Source: a virus (taxonomy: Duplodnaviria > Caudoviricetes). From it: a DNA stretch of 58,269 nucleotides. The stretch spans positions 1-58,269 of IMG/VR virus record IMGVR_UViG_3300017728_000008; one strand, given 5' to 3'. A model generated the notes under the pieces. It was not told the origin of the DNA. It saw nothing but the letters and a program-made list of their open reading frames with translations, and searched no databases. This document shows, piece by piece, positions 25,097 to 35,654 of the stretch; the stretch's first letter is position 1; every line of letters starts with the position of its first letter. The translations under genes and the position numbers were made by a program.

Positions 25097-25288
25097 ATGG
25101 TTGGTTTTTCATCCATAGACGCAGAGCGAATAAAGCACGTCAACTATCTAATGGATGGATTAAATAACCGACTCACAGAACTATATGAAGAACTTGCAGA
25201 TAGAGAGACAGACCAAGCAAAAAAAGTTGTAAAAATATTAATTGAGGAGCTGAAGACCCTTCACGATTCGATGGAGGATGCGCTCTAA
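25097..25288 (+). CDS. hypothetical helical protein
   Basis: 63 aa. Confidence 0.55.
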   Translation: MVGFSSIDAERIKHVNYLMDGLNNRLTELYEELADRETDQAKKVVKILIEELKTLHDSMEDAL

Positions 25289-25664
25289 GAAATGTAGTGT
25301 TTGCCAAACCATCTATCCTATAAGTGAATATTATTTCACCGGCAGATATACGAAAGCAGGTAAAAACATTCGAAGAGCTAAATGCAAAAAGTGTGTAAAG
25401 AAAGTAAAATCAGATAGACGTAACAACATACGAGCGTGGCTTAAACAATATAAAAGAAACGGATGTTGTGCGATATGTGGATACTCAAAAGAAACACATG
25501 CAAATTTTAAATATCAAGCATTAGAGTTTCATCATCCCCAAAACAATAAAGCCTTTGCCGTAGGAGAAGCGGCTTCAAGAGGAATGGCAATAGGAAAAAT
25601 TAAAAAAGAAATTGACAAATGTGTTATATTGTGCTCACGTTGTCACACCGAAATACATCATTAA
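25278..25664 (+). CDS. HNH endonuclease-like Zn-finger protein
   Basis: CSVC...CKKC; CAICG...LEFHH...EIDKCVILCSRCHTEIH. Confidence 0.8.
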   Translation: MRSKKCSVCQTIYPISEYYFTGRYTKAGKNIRRAKCKKCVKKVKSDRRNNIRAWLKQYKRNGCCAICGYSKETHANFKYQALEFHHPQNNKAFAVGEAASRGMAIGKIKKEIDKCVILCSRCHTEIHH

Positions 25665-26075
25665 ATGAGATTCGAATCTAATAAAGATTTAAAAAGAGAA
25701 AAGAAAGCAATAGAAAAGTTTGTAAGCAAGTTCAAAGGCACCTATAAGAAACTTGGAGAAAACGATGTGGACTACAGGGTCTTTGATGGAAATGGAAAAC
25801 TAATAGCTTACGTTGAGGTAAAGGGAAGATACCGTACAATTAATGATGCATACCCGCTGCCGGTGGCAGCAAGAAAAGTTGTAAAGCTCTGCGATAAAAG
25901 ACTGAACCCTGTAATGATTTGGGCATGTGAAGACGGCATCATATACGGACTTCCATCTGAAATTAAGGGTGAAGTACGATGGGGAGGCAGAAAGCCACGA
26001 GAGGGTGCTTATAATGACGAAGAGCTTATGATATACTATCCCAAACAAAAAGCATTCAGGTATTTTAAATATTAG
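25665..26075 (+). CDS. PD-(D/E)xK nuclease-like protein
   Basis: DVDY...AYVEVKGR. Confidence 0.6.
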   Translation: MRFESNKDLKREKKAIEKFVSKFKGTYKKLGENDVDYRVFDGNGKLIAYVEVKGRYRTINDAYPLPVAARKVVKLCDKRLNPVMIWACEDGIIYGLPSEIKGEVRWGGRKPREGAYNDEELMIYYPKQKAFRYFKY

Positions 26076-29000
26076 TCAATAGGGTATAGCTTACCACCGA
26101 TTTCTTTGTAACCCATATCTTTTAGCATTTGTTTACGCATCTCATTTCGTTCTTTTCTAAGCCTATCTCTTTCTCCATACTTTAGCTCATACATTTCAGG
26201 GTCATACCTTTTTAAATCCTGCTTAGTTCTAATACCACCTTGAGGAATTACACCCTCATATTCTCCTTTTTTCTGAGGACGATAAGACGGAGTAACACCT
26301 AAAAAGTCATATACATTATCGTAAAACTCTTCTTGATTTGTCCCTTCAAAGATTCCTGTTTTTAATGAATTATAAAAGCCTATGAATGGGTCTACCTGAG
26401 CACCTAAACCTAATTCTATGACAGGTACTATATTCTTCATAAACCAATTGTCAGGGTATTTTTTTGCGTTTCTATTCATTTTACTAATTGCAGAACGGAA
26501 AGGATTGGTTACGTCATCTACAGGTCTTCTTATTCCTCTTGACTTATTTATTAATCCCTCAACCTCTGAACCGATATAAGGAAGTTGATATAGTAAATTT
26601 AAACCTAACATTGCATCTTTTATCTTTCTATAAAAAGCATCTCTATCCTCATCATCTCCTCGTGTTAGTAGTGCAAGATTAGATACTCCTACAAACAATG
26701 CGTTGGCTACTGCAAAGTTTAAATAGAATCCTCTTATGTCTTCCTTGTTAGGCATTTTGCCTTCCTTAAATGAACGAGAAATGTTTGTAGCTTTTTGCAT
26801 TACTTTATTTATTTGTAAAAATAATGTACTGCCGAACATAGTAAAACCTCTTGACGCAAAATCACCTCTTAACTGCAAAGGTATTTTTTCAGTAGCTCTT
26901 CGTGTTTGCTGAGTAGAATTGTAATCATTAAATGCTTCCAATGCTGCAGCTTCGCTCATGCCGTTTGCAATATTACGTTTGTAATTAGCGTAATAACCCA
27001 TAACCCCCATTATATCTCCTATTATGGTTGGACGAGCAGACAGTCTTTTAAATTTATCAACAAACCTTTTAAATAATCCTGTTCCTTTTCCGGCTTGTTT
27101 AAATGTCTGTGAACCGGACTCAAGACCATACACATCACCTTCCAAACCTTCAATCATACGTTGGTCAAATTGTGCGGACATCTTTCTTGCCTTAGCTATT
27201 GCACCTTCTTTACCAATTAAATCCGGAGCCATTTCAAACAACACACCTACAGTATCTACTGCAAACATAGCCATATCAATAGCTGATTGGATAGGTCTTG
27301 GTAAATTAGAATTTTTAGTGTATTCATATTGTTCAAACGCATTAATAAAAGAAGTTGCTTGTTTAGGAATCTGTACTAATTTAAAAGATAAAGCAAACCC
27401 TGTAAATAATCTTTGTATTTTTTCTAAAAACCCTGCACCTATTCCATCTGATGCTGCAGCAGACTGAGGGGCAATACTTGCGTTCACTAAAGTTTTCATT
27501 AGTTTTTTTACACCCGCTACTTCTATTAAAGTATTTACTGCCGGGATATTAAAGAAGCTATTTAGTTGTTGTACCCCTACTGCCATGGCTTTATATTTTT
27601 CCATTGTCTCAATATGGTTTAACATTACCTCTGAAAATGCCCCCTCTTTAAGGTTTATATCACTTGTTTCATCTACTCTTTCTTTAAAAGCAGGTGCAGT
27701 CTCTGCAGAAAAAATACCATTAAAGTCTCCGTCTTCTAAAAGTTTAGCATCTACTTTTTGAGCTACGGTTTTAGTAGGGAAGTAGTTCTCTACAAAGCCT
27801 AAGTTGACCCCATTAACTTGTTTATACACTGCGTTGGTTTCATTGAAATACTCTGTGCTAAAATAATTAACTATCTTGTCTGCAAACTGAGTAAGCTGAG
27901 GACCTAACTCTGTCTCTATGTCTGCTAATACTTCTGAGGTTATTCCTTGTTTTTCAAGTTTAGCTCTCTGTATAGGATTCTTGCTTAAAGCATATAATCT
28001 TAATAGTTGGTTAGCACTAAATTTAGATTTATATTTTCTACCTGTTTTTGAAGTAATTAAATCTAATGTAATTGTATTCGGACTACCTAATTTATTTACT
28101 CCGAGAGCTCTGTTAATTGCAACCTCAACATCTTCAAATGATTCAAACCCAACTTCTCGTGCAAAGTCATCAATTTTATAACGCATCTTACGTTTGTTTT
28201 GTAAGACCACCTCTTCCATTCTATTTAGTTTTCGATAAACATTATCAGTAAATAAAGTTATTTTTTTTGCCTTATTATCTAAAAAGTTAGTTATGGTTCC
28301 TAAATGAGAAAGCATATTTTTAAAATTGGTTAACAAACCCGGACTCTTACCATCCTTTGTAGACCTGCCAAATATACTATTGACAACCGCATTGGTTATT
28401 TTTTTTCTTAAACCTCCAATAGAATTATCACCTTCTATTGCATCCCTGTCTTCATTAAGTTCGTTTTCATTTTTTAAAGAACCATCTTCATTGAATAATT
28501 CAGGATTAGTTTCCTTTATCTGCTCAGTAGCTTGTTGTCTTTTAGCTTCTGCATCAGCAGCTTTTTGCAATCTTCTATTATTAAATCTTAATATAGATTC
28601 TTTTTTCTGTTGTTTTACATCTTCAAGCAACGCTTGAGCTACCTCTAAAGAAGATTCTTGTAAATCTCCAAATTGGTCATAAGCTAACTGTAATTGTAAC
28701 AAACTTTCTTCCCTTAAAGTAAGTTCTTCATTATTTAAAACTTTTTGCGAAGACTCGTTAATTGTAACCCTGTTACTATCAAGTTTGTTCTGAATGTCTT
28801 TTAAGGCTTGTTGTCTTAGTTCCGGATTAGTAATAGAAACTGCATCTAATACTTCTTTGATATTAGCAAATGTAACTTGACCAATAGCATCAATACCTTT
28901 TGCTCTTGGCTTCCCTGATTGTTTTCTTGGACTTGCCTTAGCTTTAACTATTTTATAGATATCTTTAATTACATCTCTCTTTATTTTAGCACGTTGCTGC

Positions 29001-32000
29001 TCTACCACAGATAATATTTTTTCTTTTTGTGCTTGAAAATTATCTACAGTTGTTTTAGTAACTGCCGTCAAGAGCCTGTTAAGTTGAGCCTGAGTATACT
29101 TATCTGACTTAGGCAACATTGTTCTTATAAAGTTTTTTAATTGTAGTTGGACTTGTTTAATATTATCTCTTCCTACTTTTTTATCACTTAAAGATTGTCT
29201 TATGTTTGCCAACTCTTGAGATACATTTTTATTTCCTCTATATCCAAGGCTTCTGTCAAATCCAATTTGTAACTCTTGTTGTACTTGTTCCGGTTGAGCT
29301 TGAAAAATAGGATTAGCCTTTAATAGTTCTTGTGCTTTTTCACGAATCTCTGAGAAACTTTTTACTCTTTGCCCATCTTTTATTGAGAAGTCTTGAAGAG
29401 CTACGTTTATTTCATTAAATAATTGAGCAGCTTTTTGAACACCACCCTCAACTCTACTAAACTCTGTTGGCATGTTTTGTGCTCCATCAATTTGTACAGT
29501 CATAGCTTCTTTAATTTGAGAAACTAAATAACCTCTTCCTTTCAGAACTTCTTTTATTGATGCATCTGAAAACCCATTCTCTCTACCTACACGTACTATA
29601 TCTCCAATACTTTCGTCAGTTCTAAACATAGCGTTAGCTAAGTTGTCAGTTAGAGTTGTGAGTTGTTTGTCTGTCATTTTAACAGGAGCACCACCAAGTA
29701 TATCAGCTAATGCAGTTCCTAAGAACTCATCCATTGTTAGATTTTGAATTTCCTCTACAGTTAAATCTTTTGAAAGTTTAAATTTATTTTTGACATAAGA
29801 CCACACGGATGCTATCCAATCCTTTATTTTTTGTTTTAATCCTGCCTCTACTACAGACTCTCCTTTGTTTCCTATAAGCGTTGCCATTGTTTCATCAACT
29901 GCTTTAGTCACATCTCCATCAAACTTCTTTAAAAACTTCTTATACGTTTCTGTTTGTTTTACAAGAGCCTCACCTTTTGCATATATCTTTTTGCCCTGTG
30001 GTGTTAATTTTAAATTCTCAACCCATATGTGACCCATCTCGTGAATTGCAGTATTATACAATTCGCTCTCGGTATTATGAACTTCAGAATTAATAAATAT
30101 TTTTCCATCTTGTGTAAGACCATATACTACCTGCCCTTCTTTTAAGTAAGGTGTAACAAATGGACTTGATAAAACTCGGTCCATTGTTTGTTGGTCCGTT
30201 GATATGGTTACAAAAGGGAAACTACGATTTAAGAAATCCATAAATCTACCTGCGTTATCCATTCCCACTTTGCTTCCGGTAAACTCAAGATTACTTAATC
30301 CTGTTTGAACAGGAACCGTTTGTGACAATCTTTGTTTAGATGTACGCTTAGGTCTTGAACCTTCCAACTCTTGCTCTTGTCCTAATACAACATTATTCAT
30401 TGCACTTGGGAAAAGCTCCACAATTGATTGAGGCTGCTCTATAATACCCATTACTTTACCTCTCGGTCCAACAGGGTAATTAGGATGAGTAGTTTTTTCT
30501 AAACCGGGATTTAATACATCCACACCTACCACCATATAAGCAGACCTTTGTGGGGTATTGGCTAATTGAGGTTCAGTTAATATGTCAGTAATAGCTCCTT
30601 TATTTAGTTTACTTCTTTCCTCAATAGATGGATTATCACCTAATAAAAACTTAGCCACCATTGAGGTAGGTCCGGGTTTACCGGGCACCGGCTTCTTGGT
30701 TAATGTAGGACTATTGGTTTTCCCATAGGTTATGGCATCAACAATTTTGTTTACAGATGCAAGAGTTTTTAATTGGGACAATGCTTCGGGTCTTACAATA
30801 TCTGCTATAGTAGCTGCTTCAATATTGTCAACCATTGCTTGTATGTCAGATATTTCAGAAATGTCTTTATTATAATTTCTTATAGTCATCTTAGAAAGAG
30901 GCTTACCTGTTTTTTCGCTAACTCCTTTTTCAATCCTTGTTATTAAACTTTCTTTTTGTTTTGCAAGAGTTTGCATAAACAAATTTAAAGCCTCTCTTTT
31001 TACTTCAGCAGGAAAAGATTCAAGGTTATCTGCTAACACTCTAACAACTGCTTCATTACTTAATATGGATTTAGATTCCATTTTAGTTATAACCATAGGG
31101 ACAAGACCATTATATTCAGGATTCTTGCTCCACCATGTATCAAAAAACTGTTTGTTATTGTCATATACTCTATTGGCTCTTGCAATTTGTGACTTAACTG
31201 AACCTTCGTCTATACTTGCCCAAGCAATATTTTGATGACCTTCTACTCCGGGAAACCCGAGTCCTCCTTTTAAGTTGTCAATTACATTACCTGTACTTGG
31301 ATTTACTATGTCTCCTGTTCTAAGTTGGTCCGAGATATTAAATATCACCGGTACTCCATCAATCACTTTCCACTCAATAGTTGGGATAGGATTATCAGTA
31401 CGACTGTTTAGTTCTTCTACATCAATCTTCGGTGAATCAGGATTTGTTTCTTCTACTGCCTCTATATCCACAGTAATAGCTTCGTTCTGAGCATTCATTT
31501 CCGCTACAATATCCTCCACAACTCCTGCACCTTCGGTGCTTAAATCTTCTTTCAGTCTGAAGTTCACCTCACCTGACTCAATTTGAGTACGCTCTGCGTT
31601 TAGTTCTTGAATCAATGCAGCCTTGGTTGCTCTGTTTCTTTTAGAAGCTCTTATTTCTTTTATTTTAGCGTCTATCTCTGCTAATCTTTTTTTCTTCTTA
31701 GCAGGAGTCAACCCTTTTACTTTTGCTTTAGGTTTTGCTTTAGGTTTTGCTTTAGGTTTTGCTTTAGGTTTTGCTTTAACTTTAGGTGGAAGTTTTACTC
31801 CTGATTCTTGTAGTGTTGCTTCTAAGTCTGACACCTCAGCTTCATCAACCACTACTTCTTCAGTTGGTGTCTTCAAAGACACCTCATTAGTTTCTGTTAC
31901 AGTTTCTACAGACACCTCTTCTTTTACAGGTAATCCGGCAGCTTTACGTTGTCTGTTAGACATTTTGTTTTCCGTCTTAGGATTTCTTACAGTTGTAATG

Positions 32001-35000
32001 TCTACCTCTTCTGTGGTTTGTATATCTCCTGCGGCATTAGTTAAATATTCTTCATTAGACAAGGTATTGTCTTTAGATATTTTTTCAGTAGTGAAGGCGG
32101 TCCCCTCATTATCGGTAAGCCTCATTACTCTACTACCATCAAGATTTGTAGTCATAGTAGCATTAAAGGTTTCCCCGTTAGGGTCTGTATATGTAAACGC
32201 CTGTTGTTTGACAGGGATTCGACTATCGTTTAATGTTTCTACTTCATTCTCCTGAGTGGTCGTAGTCCCCCCGGCTTCTTCGTTGTTCCGTATCTCTGTG
32301 TCCACCGCTTGTATATTTCCGGTTTGTTTATTTTCAAATAATCCTCTTGTTTTTTGCTCTTGAATGGCATCTGTTCCAAATTTATCGTTAATAATTTTTG
32401 CTACATCTTGGTCGTTATCTACTTGTATCTTGGCTTTCTTAAAAGAACTTAGAGACATATCTCCAATTCTTTTTAAGAACTTAGATTTAGTTATACTCTT
32501 TCCGTCAATATTGTAAGAAGCCTTAACATCGCTTCGAATATCTGTTGAGGTGTTTTGTCTCCCTAATCCTGCAATTTGTAAAAATGTTTGTTTGTCGGTT
32601 GGTCTTACTTTTTTTGTTTCAGCTAACTCTGCTAACTCTGCTTTTACTTCAGAAATCTTAGAACTGAATACTGACTTTCTGTTTGCAGTAGATTCAAGTT
32701 CATTCTTAGCAGCCATCAATTCCATAGTTCTATTTAGAACTTCTTTATTGACACCGCCTTCAGTAGCATTTAAAACATTTAAAGCATCTTGTCTTAAGCC
32801 AAGATTTTTTTGAATACGTTGGTTTACATCTGTGCTTATCTGACCAAGACGCTCCATGTTGTTAGACCAATTAGAAACTTTCTCAGGAGTAACACTCATT
32901 TTAAATCCGAGCTCTTTATTTATTCCTTGTATAGTTGTTAGGTCATTTGCAATTGTGACATTGTTTTGACCTCTCATATCAAGAGCCATATTTAAAGCAG
33001 CAAATGGAGCGTTGTTTCCTAACCCTCCAATACCTTCAGCAAAAATTTCCTTCCAATCTATTTCATCTCCCGCATTTAATTGAGCCATTAATTCTCCTGT
33101 AGATTCAGCAAGAGGGTCAAACACAATACGCTCACCAACTCCTGTCAAAGCTCTTCTTCCTAAAGATGTGGTTTTTCCAACTTGAAACAATCTACCCGCA
33201 AGACCTGCGGATAGCATATCAACAATTGCAATAGGAATACCCCTTGCAGTTCCTCTTTTCCCGCCTTCAGACCACACGTTCTCATCCTGTAAAGCCATTT
33301 TCATTTCTTCAGGATTCATTATGTTATACCCATTATCTCTTGCGGCATCCATAATTGAGTTGGTATATTCTAATGCAAAGCCTGTTGCAGAAAACCCTGT
33401 TCTAAGACCCCAACTAAAACCGGTTAAGGCACCTCCCGCAGTTGTTACTACACCACCGGGTCCTGAAACAAAACCTGTCGCACCTATACCTGCTCCTATA
33501 CCTGTTCCTGTTGCTGCAGAACTACCAATAATCTTCCACCCATAAGGTAGCATTTGAGAGATACTATTACCTGCCATACTAACTGCAAGTTCTGCCGGAT
33601 TGTCTTTAAAGGCATTCCAAGACTCTCTAAAACCTTTTGCTTGGTGCCAACGTGCCATAGCTCGACTTGTCTTTCCGGTGTTTCCGGCTTCCATATAATC
33701 AACAATTGCTGAAGCAACATCTGATGTGTCTGAATCGCTATCAATATCTTTTAAACCAAGAGCTAATTTTAATATTTCATTTCCTGCCTTACCTCTATAC
33801 CATCCTTGCTCAATTTCATTAGACATTCCTGCCCAATTTTCTACTATCTCTCCACGCAGGTTTTCATCATACTTACTGTCTAAATAGGTTTGTGCTACCT
33901 CGTAAGTGTTGGCAGCTTGTTGAGCCAAATCTTTTGATGCTTTGTATGTTGTTAATATAGAGTCTTTCAGTTTTACTCCTTCTGCATCATCGGGAACATA
34001 ATCATTAAGCTCATCTAATGTTACACCAAACTCACTAAGCGATTTAGTTAATAATTCATTTTCTACATATTGCACAGAAGCATTTTGCATAACTGCTTCT
34101 TTGGTAATTTTCTGATATTTTTTATCTATGTATACATCATAATCTTCCCGAACTTCTTGCAAGTCATCGTCTTCATAAAAATCATATAGGTTATCTACTT
34201 TGTTTTGAGTTACCTCTAATATATCAGGTAAGTCGCCTCGAACAAATCCATCTTTACCGTAAAAATCTTTATATAATTCTTGCTCTTCAGAAGATAAGTC
34301 TTTAAACTCTCTTGGGTTATCTAACACATCCTCTATAAAAAGCACTTGGTCACGAGCAGTTTCATAGTCGTTAAAGTTTCGTGTCATTTCTAAGTAATCA
34401 TAACCACGTTCTGAGAAAAAAGCATCTCCTTCAACATCCGCATTTCTAACTTCCTTCCAACTTCCTTTTGCAAAATCATCCGCCTTTTTAGCATCTTCAA
34501 ACACAAACAACTCACCTCTTTTTACTGCTTCATTGTAAGCCTCCATGCCGGAAAGCTCCACCCAATAATCCGGATTGTTAGTTTGAATAGATGGGTTCTT
34601 AGGGAAAAGAGTAGGGTAAACCACATCTTTACCATCTATGTTTGCTGATTCAAATAATACAGTAGATTCAGTTCCGTCAGCATTTAATCTTGGAGTTTTT
34701 CTTAAATTTTTTGCACGAAGTGAAGATTGCATAAAATTGCTTTCCACTTCTTCCCTTCTTTCTTCAGGCTTACGTGCATACTTTGTAACAAAATCTTTGA
34801 CTTTTTGAGATTCCCCTACTGCTCCTTTATTAGTAAAGGTGTCAAGGTCTATAGTTTCTGATACTACTTCTCCATTAGGTAAAACAGTAGACATTTTCAT
34901 TGCATCACCGAGTCCTGTTTTTACAAAAGTAAATCCATATTTAGCATATAGATTATTAAAGTAAGCAACTCCTTCATCTTCCTCTAAACCAATCGCTTCT

Positions 35001-35635
35001 GCCGTGGTATAGTCTAATGCGTCTATAAATTCCTTAGAGTTTATAATGTCTTTTCTGTTTGCTTCTTCTAATGCAACTTGTTCTGCTGCTTTTTGTTTTT
35101 CTTGTGATTGTGAAAATTTAAGATTTTCTAATTCTTTATCCGCATTTTTTCCGGTAATACTAATATCCGCAAACCTTTGTGACTGTGCTCGGTCTACACG
35201 GTCTTGGTCGGGATACATACCGAGTTGAGACATAGGGTCTCGATATCCTGTAGTTCTCGTATCTTGTCCTGTAACATTAGATGGTGAAAAATCAAATTTT
35301 AGTTTTCCATTTTCATCAACTTGAATTTCAGAAATATCTCCTTGTAAATCTTGTTTAGGTTTTTGAGAGTCCAAAGAACCATCCCCCGATGGAGAATCCA
35401 AACTTGGTTGAGCCTTGTCTTTTTTTTTTACCGTACCTATGGAATCTAAAAAATCTATAACTGATACATCTGTTTTGTATGATGGGTCTAATTCTCCCAT
35501 ATAGCCATAAATTTGAGACGCATATTGTTGGCTACCCATTTCAGTAATAAAATCTTCAAATACCACGTCTTGCTCAAACCCGGCATCATTTGATACTATG
35601 TAGTCATATACTTGTCTTAAATATTCCTCATTCAT
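26072..35635 (-). CDS. giant (3187 aa) internal virion / DNA-ejection protein with a HExxH metallopeptidase-like motif
   Basis: Last gene of the structural arm; HEMGH at 30029-30043; Gly-rich hydrophobic segment; palindrome copy 9 at 31867-31882. Confidence 0.7.
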   Translation of the reverse strand: MNEEYLRQVYDYIVSNDAGFEQDVVFEDFITEMGSQQYASQIYGYMGELDPSYKTDVSVIDFLDSIGTVKKKDKAQPSLDSPSGDGSLDSQKPKQDLQGDISEIQVDENGKLKFDFSPSNVTGQDTRTTGYRDPMSQLGMYPDQDRVDRAQSQRFADISITGKNADKELENLKFSQSQEKQKAAEQVALEEANRKDIINSKEFIDALDYTTAEAIGLEEDEGVAYFNNLYAKYGFTFVKTGLGDAMKMSTVLPNGEVVSETIDLDTFTNKGAVGESQKVKDFVTKYARKPEERREEVESNFMQSSLRAKNLRKTPRLNADGTESTVLFESANIDGKDVVYPTLFPKNPSIQTNNPDYWVELSGMEAYNEAVKRGELFVFEDAKKADDFAKGSWKEVRNADVEGDAFFSERGYDYLEMTRNFNDYETARDQVLFIEDVLDNPREFKDLSSEEQELYKDFYGKDGFVRGDLPDILEVTQNKVDNLYDFYEDDDLQEVREDYDVYIDKKYQKITKEAVMQNASVQYVENELLTKSLSEFGVTLDELNDYVPDDAEGVKLKDSILTTYKASKDLAQQAANTYEVAQTYLDSKYDENLRGEIVENWAGMSNEIEQGWYRGKAGNEILKLALGLKDIDSDSDTSDVASAIVDYMEAGNTGKTSRAMARWHQAKGFRESWNAFKDNPAELAVSMAGNSISQMLPYGWKIIGSSAATGTGIGAGIGATGFVSGPGGVVTTAGGALTGFSWGLRTGFSATGFALEYTNSIMDAARDNGYNIMNPEEMKMALQDENVWSEGGKRGTARGIPIAIVDMLSAGLAGRLFQVGKTTSLGRRALTGVGERIVFDPLAESTGELMAQLNAGDEIDWKEIFAEGIGGLGNNAPFAALNMALDMRGQNNVTIANDLTTIQGINKELGFKMSVTPEKVSNWSNNMERLGQISTDVNQRIQKNLGLRQDALNVLNATEGGVNKEVLNRTMELMAAKNELESTANRKSVFSSKISEVKAELAELAETKKVRPTDKQTFLQIAGLGRQNTSTDIRSDVKASYNIDGKSITKSKFLKRIGDMSLSSFKKAKIQVDNDQDVAKIINDKFGTDAIQEQKTRGLFENKQTGNIQAVDTEIRNNEEAGGTTTTQENEVETLNDSRIPVKQQAFTYTDPNGETFNATMTTNLDGSRVMRLTDNEGTAFTTEKISKDNTLSNEEYLTNAAGDIQTTEEVDITTVRNPKTENKMSNRQRKAAGLPVKEEVSVETVTETNEVSLKTPTEEVVVDEAEVSDLEATLQESGVKLPPKVKAKPKAKPKAKPKAKPKAKVKGLTPAKKKKRLAEIDAKIKEIRASKRNRATKAALIQELNAERTQIESGEVNFRLKEDLSTEGAGVVEDIVAEMNAQNEAITVDIEAVEETNPDSPKIDVEELNSRTDNPIPTIEWKVIDGVPVIFNISDQLRTGDIVNPSTGNVIDNLKGGLGFPGVEGHQNIAWASIDEGSVKSQIARANRVYDNNKQFFDTWWSKNPEYNGLVPMVITKMESKSILSNEAVVRVLADNLESFPAEVKREALNLFMQTLAKQKESLITRIEKGVSEKTGKPLSKMTIRNYNKDISEISDIQAMVDNIEAATIADIVRPEALSQLKTLASVNKIVDAITYGKTNSPTLTKKPVPGKPGPTSMVAKFLLGDNPSIEERSKLNKGAITDILTEPQLANTPQRSAYMVVGVDVLNPGLEKTTHPNYPVGPRGKVMGIIEQPQSIVELFPSAMNNVVLGQEQELEGSRPKRTSKQRLSQTVPVQTGLSNLEFTGSKVGMDNAGRFMDFLNRSFPFVTISTDQQTMDRVLSSPFVTPYLKEGQVVYGLTQDGKIFINSEVHNTESELYNTAIHEMGHIWVENLKLTPQGKKIYAKGEALVKQTETYKKFLKKFDGDVTKAVDETMATLIGNKGESVVEAGLKQKIKDWIASVWSYVKNKFKLSKDLTVEEIQNLTMDEFLGTALADILGGAPVKMTDKQLTTLTDNLANAMFRTDESIGDIVRVGRENGFSDASIKEVLKGRGYLVSQIKEAMTVQIDGAQNMPTEFSRVEGGVQKAAQLFNEINVALQDFSIKDGQRVKSFSEIREKAQELLKANPIFQAQPEQVQQELQIGFDRSLGYRGNKNVSQELANIRQSLSDKKVGRDNIKQVQLQLKNFIRTMLPKSDKYTQAQLNRLLTAVTKTTVDNFQAQKEKILSVVEQQRAKIKRDVIKDIYKIVKAKASPRKQSGKPRAKGIDAIGQVTFANIKEVLDAVSITNPELRQQALKDIQNKLDSNRVTINESSQKVLNNEELTLREESLLQLQLAYDQFGDLQESSLEVAQALLEDVKQQKKESILRFNNRRLQKAADAEAKRQQATEQIKETNPELFNEDGSLKNENELNEDRDAIEGDNSIGGLRKKITNAVVNSIFGRSTKDGKSPGLLTNFKNMLSHLGTITNFLDNKAKKITLFTDNVYRKLNRMEEVVLQNKRKMRYKIDDFAREVGFESFEDVEVAINRALGVNKLGSPNTITLDLITSKTGRKYKSKFSANQLLRLYALSKNPIQRAKLEKQGITSEVLADIETELGPQLTQFADKIVNYFSTEYFNETNAVYKQVNGVNLGFVENYFPTKTVAQKVDAKLLEDGDFNGIFSAETAPAFKERVDETSDINLKEGAFSEVMLNHIETMEKYKAMAVGVQQLNSFFNIPAVNTLIEVAGVKKLMKTLVNASIAPQSAAASDGIGAGFLEKIQRLFTGFALSFKLVQIPKQATSFINAFEQYEYTKNSNLPRPIQSAIDMAMFAVDTVGVLFEMAPDLIGKEGAIAKARKMSAQFDQRMIEGLEGDVYGLESGSQTFKQAGKGTGLFKRFVDKFKRLSARPTIIGDIMGVMGYYANYKRNIANGMSEAAALEAFNDYNSTQQTRRATEKIPLQLRGDFASRGFTMFGSTLFLQINKVMQKATNISRSFKEGKMPNKEDIRGFYLNFAVANALFVGVSNLALLTRGDDEDRDAFYRKIKDAMLGLNLLYQLPYIGSEVEGLINKSRGIRRPVDDVTNPFRSAISKMNRNAKKYPDNWFMKNIVPVIELGLGAQVDPFIGFYNSLKTGIFEGTNQEEFYDNVYDFLGVTPSYRPQKKGEYEGVIPQGGIRTKQDLKRYDPEMYELKYGERDRLRKERNEMRKQMLKDMGYKEIGGKLYPID
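31721..31778. repeat. 12-bp tandem repeat (TTTTGCTTTAGG, about 4.8 copies) encoding (KAKP)n
   Basis: Direct reading; in-frame. Confidence 0.95.
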
Positions 35636-35654
35636 AATCGAGTCTTATTAATAA

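Noticed and set aside
26072-35635. Giant protein as a crAss- or N4-type virion RNA polymerase
   Set aside because: No convincing DxDxD or T7-type catalytic motif seen (FDGD occurs without context); host-type promoters explain early transcription. A structure search would be needed to exclude it fully.
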